DNA of 63,654 bases, the filler included, from Octopus bimaculoides (taxonomy: Eukaryota), in the NCBI RefSeq assembly GCF_001194135.2. It is 4 parts of 4 records of this genome, joined end to end, with 100 filler letters (N's around TTAATTAATTAA, not from the genome) between each part and the next. Parts side by side here need not be neighbours in the genome. Positions count along the whole stretch, not along the records: positions 43,958 to 57,611 come from NC_068988.1; positions 57,712 to 63,654 come from NC_068994.1; 2 more parts are not named here. One strand, given 5' to 3'. The notes below the pieces were generated by a model. The model saw nothing but the letters and a program-made list of their open reading frames with translations. It made no database searches and had not been told where the DNA came from. Positions 49,255 to 61,483 of the stretch are shown here, piece by piece (the stretch's first letter is position 1; each line of letters opens with the position of its first letter). A program made the translations under genes and the position numbers.

Positions 49255-50144
49255 TCACACACATATAATGTCGGTCACCTCTACCCGTTAAACGATACTA
49301 TGTGAAATACCTGTTTGCGATAATCCCCTATGTGCTATTTGTGATTATATGTTTGAAAGTAACGTTCATGCTAATATTGATATTAACAATGGGAATAAAA
49401 TTTGTAATAGCACTCCGTTGTAAAGTGTTGTTTCATGTTCATGAAAACAATTTCGTGGAATATATGAGATGCTTTCATAGAAGAATGTGATATCCAATAA
49501 TGATGGACGCGGAAACAGGTGCAACAAACGCAGGAAAAGAAAATTGAAGCAAAATGAGCAAATTTTATAATATAATGAAAGCATTATGAGTATGATAACT
49601 ATTATAACGAAAATATATGACATGTAATGTGTTAATTTCAATAGCAGTGGAAAATTCTCCACAAAAAAAACGGAAGAATTTGAAACGTTATCGACAGAGA
49701 GGTTTAAAGAATTATAGAAATAAAGATAAAAATTGAATGAGTGAGAGTGAGTGAAACTGAGTGTAAGTTTGTGACAGATGGAAATGGAATTAACATTACA
49801 ACTAAAAATTATTAAATGGCAAATATAGAGTAGAATCAAAATATTTTAACGTGATGACGATAAAGCGGAAATGAAGTAGTTTTATACATTCCCCGGAGGT
49901 TATGTTATTTTAACAACCGCATATTTTAGATATTGTGGTTTTAAATGAATTAGTTCTGAGGAATTTGTTGCGTTTAAGCACTACATTCAGTTTGTCATGA
50001 AATCTAATACAATATCAGCGATGATATAGGTTATATCACAATAGAAATGCATAGAGACTTATAACATGGTGGTTTATCGAAATTTCCAATGACTATATTT
50101 ACGGCTTGGAATTGATGCTGAGTGAAACAATGAAAGTACAATCA

Positions 50145-50310
50145 TTTCTACTTGAAGCACAGGGCCTGGAATTTTGGGGAAGGGATTAAGTCGATTATAT
50201 CGACCCCAGTACGTAACTGGTACTTATTTAATCGACCCCGGAAGGATAAACGGTGAAGTCGAACTCGGCGCAATTTGAACTCAGAATGTAGCGACGGGCG
50301 AAATATGTAG
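50145..50310 (-). mobile_element. SINE family C, 3' part
   Basis: aagcacagggcc..gattaagtcgattatatcgaccccagtacgtaactggtacttatttaatcgacccc. Confidence 0.8.
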
Positions 50311-50394
50311 AATATACAGAAGAAAGAGGAAAATGAATATAGAGGCATTTATCGAAATATAAATATGTGTTGTTTAGTTCTTGTGTAAGGAAAC

Positions 50395-50624
50395 GTATGC
50401 ATGTGGCTGTGCGGTTGGAAGCTTGATTCGCAACCACATTGTTCCGTGTTCAGTCCCATCGTGTGGCACCTTGGGCGTTTTCTGCTATCCCCTCGGACTG
50501 ACCAAAGCCTTGTGAGTGGATTTGGTAGGCGGAAACTGAAAGAATCCCGTCGTATATANNNNNNNNNNNNNNNNNNNNNNNNNNNNNNNNNNNNNNNNNN
50601 NNNNNNNNNNNNNNNNNNNNNNNN

Positions 50625-50678
<54 letters not shown>

Positions 50679-50912
50679 TTTGTGTATTTATCTGAGTGTG
50701 CCTGTGTGTCTGAGTTTGCCCTGACCCCAGTATCGCTTGACAACCGATACCGATGTTTTTATGTCCCCCAAACTTTGCGGTTCGGCAAAGAGGCCGATAG
50801 TATAAATAGTAGCCTTACAAAGAATAATTCCTGGGGTCGGTTTCGTCGACTACAGGCGATGCTCCAGCATGGCTGCAGTCAGATATCTGAAACGTATAAA
50901 AGAATAAAAGAA
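50395..50912 (+). mobile_element. SINE family D with an internal microsatellite and gap
   Basis: gtggcaccttggg..gccttgtgagtggatttggtag..gaaactgaaagaa..ccagcatggctgcagtc. Confidence 0.85.
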
Positions 50913-51874
50913 TATATATATACGTGTGTGTGTATGCGTGTTTGTATGTGAATATGTGTGTGTATGTGAGAGAGATAGAGTTTGTGTTTGTGTGCGTGTA
51001 TCTAACAAAGATATATGTATGAATGTGTTTCAGAAATAAGTACTAAATAGCACAGTAAAAATTAATATATTTTAATTTGGTCGCTGAGAGGATATTCAAG
51101 CAAGTTATGACGAAGCCGAAGATCTTGCGTGCCTACAGTTGGAACACAAAGTAACAAGACACTAACTCAGCCAAAGTGATACATATATGTGTGTGTGTGT
51201 TTGTATATTTGTGTGAGTGTGTGCTTGTGCGTGTGTGTGGGAACACAGTAACACTCACAGATTTTTGTATACGTATATACATGCATGTAAATCGGAAACA
51301 CTAAATTTTAAATACCGTTTTTGTCTGTCTTACCTTCCTAGTCTGATATTTATCAATGCAAACGAGTAGTATGTCCTTTTGTAACGGACATAGGACCGTA
51401 TCAACGTGAGAAAAATGACCGATCACTGCCGTCCTTAACAATGCACACAAGCATGTCTAGGGTAGTTTCTGAGCAATTCAATAATATTGAAAATACTAAT
51501 GAAAAATGGTAATCAAAATAAAATGATGGCGATGGTGCTGCTGCTGCTTCTGATGATGATGATGATGATAAATCTTACTCTTGTATTAAATTGAAATGAC
51601 AGAAACTACAGTCGTAACAAGCTGAAGAAGAATGTGATGATAGAACAAAATGATATCAAAAATTTTTAAAAGAATAAGAAATCTAAAGGAAATTTTGAAA
51701 ATTTGTAATTTACATAAATTTACACCATTCTGCTGCTTGTTGCAGGGACTAGTAAGAGCTAAAGAGACATTGGCAGATGTATATTCACTCGGATATAAAA
51801 AAAAAGCATACATACATACATAATATTCGTTCACGCATATATTAAGTCTCTCTCTCTCTTTCACTCAATATATA

Positions 51875-51893
51875 TATATACACACCATATGTG

Positions 51894-51978
<85 letters not shown>
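51875..51978. repeat. (TA)n microsatellite
   Basis: Read directly from the sequence. Confidence 0.95.
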
Positions 51979-51980
<2 letters not shown>

Positions 51981-52550
51981 CAAATAATAAATGAGTATAT
52001 GCATAGATACGTACATGTATGTACATACCTACATCTATGTGTATATATAGATGCATATCTGGGTACAGGACGTTGCAAAATGCGTGGAAAAAATGATAAA
52101 CAGAGTACAGTATGTATGTACATATGTATATGAAAAACAAAACTCCTAGATTCTCTTTTACGTGGAAATACACTTGTTTACACCATACACACATATACGT
52201 ACATAAATACGTGCATACACACATACATGCACACACACAGTCACACTCACGCACACACACATATAAAGTTCAAATTTACAGAAAACAAAAGACGAAGATA
52301 CTTCAGGGAACAAAGAACAGGTGTAATAGTTTGAGAAGAAAAGCATCTAGAGAGAACAAAAAAAGAAAAAGAAAGAAAACGGAGAGAGAAAAATATGTGT
52401 ATTGATTAACGGTTCAAGATAATGAGATGACCAGAAGAAAGAGGCTGAGTGAAAGGGAAATAATGACGGTGACCCGGCTAAAATAGGGTGTGTATACACG
52501 AATGGGGTGAGTGGGTTTGAGCGTGTTTGAATGTATGCGTGGGCGAATTT

Positions 52551-52609
52551 GTGTGTGTGTGTGTGAGAGATAGATAGACAGATAGATAGACAGATAGATA
52601 GATAGATAT

Positions 52610-52651
<42 letters not shown>

Positions 52652-52662
52652 GGATAGATAGA
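52551..52662. repeat. (TG)n followed by a (GATA)n microsatellite
   Basis: Read directly from the sequence. Confidence 0.95.
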
Positions 52663-52849
52663 TGCACACAGGAAGTAATCTTTTCTTGACCATGGCCCCC
52701 AAACAGCTGAGTAACAAACATCATTCATAGAAGACCTGTATATTAAAGACTCGGTATGCGTAAAGAAGGTTACGCATAGGTAAATTTCGCGAAGAGGTGA
52801 GGTTGACATTAATATCGACATTATTATGATTTTCAGAAGAGAACAAGAA

Positions 52850-53200
52850 ATTGGTATGGTTCTATTCCTGGATGATTCTGATGGTCAATCAGAAATATGG
52901 ATCCTTGTAATTCTTCATCTTTTCCAGGCGTCTTGCCTAGGGGTTTTACCTTCCCGTTTTATAGAACTGATATGAGTCTTGAATGAATTCGAAGATCTGC
53001 GATACCTGGTCCTAGTCCCTTGAGGAGTGATGACGTATTCGCTACTAATTCTACATGTTATCTTCAGTTCATTTTTGCTATGATCTTCCATTAGAAAGAC
53101 TGTTTTCGTAATTATCTCAAGAAACCAAAGAGTTATCCTTGCTTGCCTTGTATCACTGGAAAACCTTCTTGGGGTTATTATTCGTTATAGAATGATGAAT
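52850..53200 (-). mobile_element. Possible RTE LINE 3' relic
   Basis: Minus-strand ggtaaaacccctaggcaagacgcctggaaaagatg resembles the GKRPLGRPRKRW motif; very decayed. Confidence 0.25.
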
Positions 53201-53555
53201 GGTTTATTTATGACGGTATGACTGATATCTATACAATTTTCCTTTTCAAACCGATGACATGGAGGAATTGGTAACCTTAATACATAAATAAAGTATGTAT
53301 ATCGTTGCTATTATATTAAACTGTCGTATGTCCAAATTTGGCCTAATGCGTTTTTTTTCTTCAATATTTATGTTTGCTTGCAATAGCCAGTTCTTATGGT
53401 CAAAGTATCGTAACTCCAGCTGCTTCAGATCCCAAGATATCGGAAATTGGCAAAATGCTGTACAACGGTTTTACTATGGAATGGTGAAACTACTTTTTTC
53501 GTTTTGTGAAAAAGACACGCTTTGGACTTACGACACTTTTGCATAATAGCGTGTG

Positions 53556-53597
<42 letters not shown>

Positions 53598-56018
53598 CAA
53601 CCATCACTCAAATTGTGATCCGAAAATGTTTATAATATTCACATTCTACAAACTACACAACTCAAGCGAAATTGAGAGAAGAGGTAGAGAAAAGAATTTT
53701 ATTGATAAATTCAAACGCGTTCTAAAATGGACAGTTATAATAACGATGATAATTATAATGATGATTGTGATAATAATAATAGGTACAACTACTATTACTA
53801 CTGCTTACCAGTACCACCACTCGGAGTAGCAATAATGAAAGTGACGAGATAATTTTTAGTAGTGTTGATGAAATAAACATTGACTCGATTGATATGTAAA
53901 CATTTCTGGAATGAAAATAGAATTCAATGTAAGTAGGATTGTTATTTACAACATTCCAAAATACAACCAAACAATTACTCCTTTAGTTGCAGTCAAAGTA
54001 AAGGATCCTTGACGTGCCCACCAAATCGTGACGTCGAAGCTATATACCGTTTGGTCTAAATACAGTTAGAACTTACTTGGCACGTTCAGCAAAAGGTAAA
54101 ATTTAAACTACATGCTGACTGGTTAAAGTACATTTCATAAGATTTAATTTGCTGAAGTCCATTTGAATGTACTTAAAGGTTGAAACCGATTATTTGAATA
54201 CAGTTGTCACGTGTGGGAGACGACTGTCACTACGTAAAGCTGATGACTGCTTAACGTATTTAAGTAGTAATTTTTTTTCAATATTGTAAATATAATAAAA
54301 CGTGAAAACCAGACGAAGTTGAAATTTCATTTATTAATATATATATATATATATANNNNNNNNNNNNNNNNNNNNNNNNNNNNNNNNNNNNNNNNNNNNN
54401 NNNNNNNNNNNNNNNNNNNNNNNNNNNNNNNNNNNNNNNNNNNNNNNNNNNNNNNNNNNNNNNNNNNNNNNNNNNNNNNNNNNNNNNNNNNNNNNNNNNN
54501 NNNNNNNNNNNNNNNNNNNNNNNNNNNNNNNNNNNNNNNNNNNNNNNNNNNNNNNNNNNNNNNNNNNNNNNNNNNNNNNNNNNNNNNNNNNNNNNNNNNN
54601 NNNNNNNNNNNNNNNNNNNNNNNNNNNNNNNNNNNNNNNNNNNNNNNNNNNNNNNNNNNNNNNNNNNNNNNNNNNNNNNNNNNNNNNNNNNNNNNNNNNN
54701 NNNNNNNNNNNNNNNNNNNNNNNNNNNNNNNNNNNNNNNNNNNNNNNNNNNNNNNNNNNNNNNNNNNNNNNNNNNNNNNNNNNNNNNNNNNNNNNNNNNN
54801 NNNNNNNNNNNNNNNNNNNNNNNNNNNNNNNNNNNNNNNNNNNNNNNNNNNNNNNNNNNNNNNNNNNNNNNNNNNNNNNNNNNNNNNNNNNNNNNNNNNN
54901 NNNNNNNNNNNNNNNNNNNNNNNNNNNNNNNNNNNNNNNNNNNNNNNNNNNNNNNNNNNNNNNNNNNNNNNNNNNNNNNNNNNNNNNNNNNNNNNNNNNN
55001 NNNNNNNNNNNNNNNNNNNNNNNNNNNNNNNNNNTATATATATATATATTATGCTATTGAGTAACTCTAATCTAACCCAGAATATCTTATCAGTCGTGGT
55101 CGCGAGATGACTGTTGGCTCCATTTCTAAATATTAATATAATTGGCATCGGAGTTGTTTTGGAAAATTTCACTAAATTCCAGAAAAATCTTTAACGGGCT
55201 AGGTGGTGATCGAATATAATCCTAATCTTATGTATACGCTATGATCCAATGGGAGAAAATGGGAGATGATCGAGGAAAAGCGTTGAATGTTGATGACTTT
55301 AAAAGTCATATGCTTTTCTTTCGTCAGAATCTCGCACGGTGTCAAACTATGTTAAGTTGTTATCTGTAATTACGAATAATACCCTAGGGTAACGTGCACA
55401 CACGAAGGAATGTGTCGTTGTAGCTTGCAAATACTTAAGAGACAGGCACCCCTTTTCTCTGGTTTTATTCGGGCTCATCTGGAATACTGACGACAATTTG
55501 ACCTTCTGATCAGAAAAAAGACAAATATATCAACTTAACTGACGAATATTAGATGATAGTTACAAAGACAATTAATTGCATGAAACACATTGATTATGGG
55601 GGCTAACACCAAATACTCTTAACTGTCGTGAACGCTATCTACGAGTATTCAATGAAAAAAATATATCATCAAAACTGTCTTAAGAAACGGGCATCAGTAT
55701 TACAAATTGTGCAACATTAAAATCCTTAAACAAATTGAACTCAGATGATCGAACAGATTTTAAACTCCGCTCTACATCATATACCTCAGCTGATTATGCT
55801 ATACTCATTATTATTCTGAAGGTAATCAAAACAAAAAAGAAGCAACGTGGTCTGTATAGGGAAAAATACTATTATTCTACAAAATGAATCGACTAACCTA
55901 CAACAAACATATGTATTTCGTTTAACTCCTCACTTCTTGTGTAGATTATGCTCTCCTAAACTATGGCGTAAAACAATGCGCTAAGAAATATAGTTATGCT
56001 AGATATTGTTATGCTAAG

Positions 56019-56415
56019 CGTAGGAGTGGCGTAAGTAGCTTTCTTACCAACCACATGGTTCCGAGTTCAGTCCCACTGCGTGGCACCTTGGGCAAGTGTC
56101 TTCTACTATAGCCTCGGGCCGACAAAAGCCTTGCGAGTGGATTTGGTAGACACAAACTGAAAGAAGCCCGTCGTATATATGTATGTATGTGTGTGTGTGT
56201 GTGTTTGTGTGTCTGTGTTCCCCCCCCCCTAAAATCGCTTGACAACCGATGCTGGTGTGTTTACGTCCCCGTAACATAGCGGTTCGGCCAAAGAGACCTA
56301 TAAAATAAGTACTAGGCTTACAAAGAATAAGTCCTGGGGTCGATTTGCTCGACTAAAGGCGGTGTTCCAGCATGGCCACAGTCAAATGACTGAAACAAGT
56401 AATAGAGTAAAAGAG
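56019..56415 (+). mobile_element. SINE family D, full length
   Basis: tRNA-like head ggttccgagttcagtccc, ggcaccttgggcaagtgtcttctactatagcctcgggccgac body and AAGAGT tail. Confidence 0.85.
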
Positions 56416-56871
56416 TACCCCCTGCAACACTAATGAGTGAAAGCTAAGTCTCTCTACTTTTATTTATATCTAGAAAAATTCATTTTTAAAAGTGAAACCC
56501 AACATAAATAAAGTTATATATAATAGCGTATATGATATGCTGTTCAAAATCCTTGGATGGAAAATCAGAACTGACTCGTGAGATTCGTATCCACGTATTA
56601 TATAACATGAAAGGTGTTCTGTTATACAAAAGCAAGTTTTCGAATAAATTGGATCAGTTAGTTTTACATGCTTTCATCTTACCTGCGAAAATTTCGAAAT
56701 GATTAGGTCCGTACACAAGTGATGTGCAGTAAATTAATGTTAGGGATGAGAGACGATGCAGAATAAAACTATAAATGATAGCTTGTAGAATTTAAGCTGA
56801 GAAATCCTCGAATGGAACACTATCGAGGCTATATGTAAATGTGTATATTCCTACATGCATACATTTATACA

Positions 56872-57259
56872 TGTGGAAGCGCAATGGCCCATTGGTTAGG
56901 GCAGCGGATTCGCGGCCATAGGACCGCGGCTTTGATTCCCAGACCGGGCTTGCGAATGTTTATTGAGCGAAAACACCTAAAGCGCCACGAGGCTCCGGCA
57001 GGGGATGGTGGCGAACCCTGCTGTACTATTTCACCACAACTTTCTCTCACTCTTACTTCCTGTTTCTGTTGTGCCTGTAATTCAAAGGGTCAGCGTTGTC
57101 ACACTGTGTCACGCTGAATATCCCCGAGAACTACGTTAAGGCTACACTTGTCTGTGTAATGCTCATCCACTTGCACGTTAATTTCACGAGCAGGCTGTTC
57201 CGTTGATCGGATCAACTGGAAACCTCGACGTCGTAAGCGACGGAGTGCCAACAACAACA
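56872..57259 (+). mobile_element. tRNA-derived SINE, family A, full length
   Basis: tggcccattggttagggc...ttgattccc head; body shared with 4070-4446; (CAA)n tail. Confidence 0.85.
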
Positions 57260-57611
57260 TCATTTATAAATATACATCTATATACAAGTGTATGGGTGTA
57301 AGTATATGTAGAAACACATGTATATATGCACACGTAAGGGTATAAATAAATATACATTAATAAACATATATGCATGTACGTAAGCATCTAACATGTTATT
57401 TACAGATCTGCACTTAGATCAACGCTATTAAATAAAGTACATGACAATTACTCGCAATTATTTCAGTAATAAAAACAGGACATTCTACTTAAGTTAATAT
57501 AAATCAGCATAATGCCCTTGTAGATATGACGGAGTCCTTTCATTATATTACATTTATAAAGGCTTTATGAGCGTATTCATATGCATATATATATATATAT
57601 ATATATATATA

Positions 57612-57711
57612 NNNNNNNNNNNNNNNNNNNNNNNNNNNNNNNNNNNNNNNNNNNNTTAATTAATTAANNNNNNNNNNNNNNNNNNNNNNNNNNNNNNNNN
57701 NNNNNNNNNNN
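57612..57711. other. Artificial 100-nt assembly spacer
   Basis: 44N-TTAATTAATTAA-44N. Confidence 0.85.
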
Positions 57712-57894
57712 ATATATACCATATCATGAAGAGATTAGCAACATCACTGGCGATCCAATATGCATTTCATTTGTTTATACAGTTTATTGTTTTTAAAAAC
57801 ATTTTCCTGCAAAAAGTGAAATAGCTCCAGCAATTCAACTTGAAAAGAATATTATTGTGCTAAATTTTAAAATTTTCGATCAACTTTAATTTTT

Positions 57895-58240
57895 GAAATG
57901 CTGGCAGCCAAACCAACTAGATCCATGGAACACCTCAATAAAAACCTCAATTTGGTGCAAACACAACAGACCTGATATTGTTCTGTGGGACAGGAAACAA
58001 AAGTCATGAACTGTTGTAGAGGTCAGCTGCCCAGTAGATATACAATCAAAAGTCCAACTTACAGCTCTTGTACCCTGACTATGAATTCTCATTTGTACCT
58101 ATCATTACAGGCGCACAAAACCCTAGAAATACACGGTTTCACGGAAAAAGAACAAAAGAGACTGACGCGAATTCTCCAAATCCAATCTATTAGTAGCACA
58201 GTGTAGATTTGCAAAACATTCCAAAAATTCTCCATATGTG
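57895..58240 (+). mobile_element. LINE 3' fragment with restriction-like endonuclease
   Basis: WNTSIKTSI.CKHNRPDIVLWDRKQK..VVEVSCPVD and LQLLYPDYEFSFVPII motifs; a different family from 46556-47735. Confidence 0.7.
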
Positions 58241-59154
58241 AATACTTTGGTGTATGCATTGACAGTTCAACCAACATACCAACTCAAAGACATATTTACA
58301 AACACCGGGAACTCTCTTAACTCAAAACATCTTGTCATTTTGTTAGCGACAGGCTTGAACTCTCAAGAACTTGAAATAAACTTAAAGAAAAAGAACATAC
58401 ATGAATGCGTACGTGCTTGTGTGTGTGTGTGTGCGCGCGCGCGCGTATATGTGTGTGTGTGCGTGTATGTGTGTGTGTGTGTTTGACGCACTTGTGCACA
58501 AGATGTGTGTGTTTGCTTGTACCACGTAAAATTCCTAGTGATATTTACTCTTTAATGGGAGATAGTGCAGTATGGTCAAAAGGTTAAAAAGTTAACTTTG
58601 CAACTGCGAAGTCTGGAGTCCAATCTCCCAACGTGGTATTTTGGAGAATGTCATTAGCCTCTCAAATTCTTGTCCGTCAGTTGAACTATACTTGTCACGC
58701 TGGGTCTGCCTGATTGCACGGAACGAATTCCATGGGAGGTAACTCATTAATGGGAGGTAACTCAATATGTACTAATATAATTGTATTTTTGTCCCTCACA
58801 ACAGATGGCTGACGAAGGAAGGGGTGATCCACTGATGGAAGTGATCTGGTGAAAATTCAGCAGAGAAACAAAAATTAAACAGCATGTATATGTGTACGTG
58901 TAAAAGTGAGGTATGTGAATGTTTGTGTGTGTATGTGTGTGTGTGTGTGTGTGTGTTTATGTAAAATATATTTATATAATCTTTGAGTGAGTGTATATGC
59001 GTTTGTGTATGTTTATTTAGAAAGATATATAGATAATAGAATTACAGACGCGCACTTACACAAACAGACACTTAAAAAGGAAGGAAGGGGGCTATGACAA
59101 AGTACGGAAAACCGCATACGCTACAGACTGTTGTACTCATACATATAAATGTAT

Positions 59155-59187
<33 letters not shown>

Positions 59188-59584
59188 ATACACACACAGA
59201 CACACACACACACACCACACACACACAGTTGCAGCACTGATTTTTTCTCCTTTCTGTACCCTTTTTATGTATAAAATACTACAATTAGCCGTCATTTTTG
59301 ACGGTATGGGGTCAGCTAATGATTATATAATAGTAACAGACAAAATATTGAGCCATTGAAAGTTATGCTCAAGTATGGCCACATACAAAGAACTGAAACC
59401 AAGGAAAGAATATTTTGGTCTTTTGTCAACTGAGTCAGAATGACTCGTTAAATTACCAAAGAAGAATTAAATTTTTTTTTACAAAATTAAACGAAAAATA
59501 AATACATTAAAAATATGTAATAAACTATTACATAACACAGTGTTTAAACTGAAATATAAGATAAGTAGAACTGGAAAATTAGGT

Positions 59585-60012
59585 GTGTCTTGGGATGGGG
59601 GTCATTAAGCCAATAATAATAAACAATAATAGAATCACTTTTTTATTGTTTAGCCAATCGTTTAAATATCTGCCCAACTTGACTAATCGTTCAGTTGTTT
59701 AATGTGTTGGTAAAACAACTGACTGTTTGTTTGTCATAGTTCTTTCTTCACTAATCACAGCCTTAGTAACAATGTTTCCTCTCTATTCAGACAGACTTAA
59801 GGCAGACCTTGAAAAGAGAGGGCATATCATTGATGATGCTACAAACAGCGATGAAAGGACTTTGACAAACAAGCAATTGATTGGTTATTTAACCCACAGA
59901 TTCAGCAAACAGTCGATTAGTTACTTGGTTAGATATTTAACTGACTGATTAACAATAAAGAAGTGATATTAAACCAGTGCATGTTCTGATTATGACCCTC
60001 CCAAGACAACAC
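59585..60012. mobile_element. Possible old MITE
   Basis: Degenerate inverted ends gtgtcttgggatgggggtcattaa and ttatgaccctcccaagacaacac. Confidence 0.35.
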
Positions 60013-60252
60013 AGTTTGTTTCAACATGAATTCACATCAAGAATCTTGCAAATGAAGTACAAAACAAAGTGGAAGATTAGAGTTAACTCTGTTAATGTGG
60101 ACAATTAGGATAGACAATCCTTATATTTTTACCATAGAGTTATTTTCATATACTTAAATTAAGTGAATATGTCTGAGAATATTAAATATATATAAACTAT
60201 CAATAATAAATCTCTGAGCAAGGTATAAACAGTAGCTGCATAATGTCATGAA

Positions 60253-60503
60253 ATATATTTGCCACCTAAATGTGGCTAACCCTTAAGGGTTGATGCTACT
60301 ATAGCTTGTAACCCCAGGAAGACATCTCCTCCAGCTGGCTATTGACACATTTTCTGTGCCCTATCAGTATTTATGACTTCCTTTTGCAAATACTGATAGG
60401 GCACAGAAAGTGTGTCAATAGCCAGCTGGAGATGTCTTCCTGGGGCTACAAGCTACAATAGCATCAACCCTTAAGGGTTAGTCACATTTAGGTGGAAATA
60501 TAT
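60253..60503. mobile_element. Foldback MITE / near-perfect palindrome
   Basis: Arms 60253-60372 and 60388-60503 differ by about 5 transitions and 2 small indels; 15-nt loop; TA-rich flanks. Confidence 0.85.
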
Positions 60504-60514
60504 ATATATATAAA

Positions 60515-61000
60515 CTATCATCATCCTTTAACGTCTGTTTCCCACGCTGGTATGGGTCGGATGGTTTGATAGGAGCTGCACCAGGTTCCATAGTCTGTTT
60601 TGGCATGATTTCTACAGTTGGCTGCCCTTCCTAATGCCAACCACTTTAAAGAGTGTACTGGGTACTTTTTTATGTAGCACTATCATGAGTACTTTATGCA
60701 TGGCACCAGAACCAATGCTTTTTTATGTAGCACCAGCACCAGTGCTTTTTACCTGGCTCCAGCATTGACAGAATCATCGAGTACCTTGTGAGATAAGAAC
60801 CTCTTAACTTAGAGTAAGGAGTAATATTGAGGTGGTATGGCTTTAGGCCAATTGAGAGATTTAAGATATAGAGGGGTCAAAAATAGATGTCTTGCTGTAG
60901 AGTAAATACATGGATTCTCTAGCTGGAAAACAGAGGAAAGTGTGTTGGAGAGTAAAATAAAGGGAGTGAGAGTGAAAAAGATGATGGTGAGTATGTTGCG
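60515..61000 (-). mobile_element. Retroposon 3'-tail repeat ((GAT)n-ended, RTE-like)
   Basis: catcatcctttaacgtc..ggctgcccttcctaatgccaaccacttt..tcttgctgtagagtaaatacatgg. Confidence 0.5.
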
Positions 61001-61483
61001 ACATGTCCTCAAGGGGCATTGTGGGTGGTGAGAATTGTGGGTGGTGAGAATAGATGAGGTGATATAGAGGCTTGGGCTGGGTGAGTGGGCAGAATGAGGT
61101 GACTGTAACAAATGATGGAGAGAAGTATAGGCGAGTCTCATATGTGGGGCTTGCAGTAGATATGTGAGGGCACTGGGGCTGATAGCAGGTAAGTGAGGAG
61201 TTGATGACGGAGAGCAGCACAAGGAAAGGAGAGAAGGTTCAGAAAGGGGGTGATTAGTGGAGGCAGTGGGTAGGGGAAGAAGGTAACTTAAGTGGGGAAG
61301 AATGTAACTAAGAATGCCAGTGGGGTGTATGTACCTATTCTGCTCTCAAGTGATAGAGGAAGTGATGAGTGTTAGGGGATGAAATGTGGGTGGAGGGAGA
61401 GCCACGAAACGTGCGTAGTCATTTTTATACCATTTATTAGTTATTCTTTTATGTACTTTATTGATTTTTAGAATAAGGTTTTT

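Noticed and set aside
56872-56950. tRNA-like sequence with A and B boxes (and similar SINE heads)
   Set aside because: It continues into a SINE body and has no complete cloverleaf; these are SINE heads, not tRNA genes.
59727-59948. 73-aa ORF (..SDRLKADLEKRGHIIDD..)
   Set aside because: Starts at a non-ATG codon, lies inside a probable MITE and has no recognisable motif.
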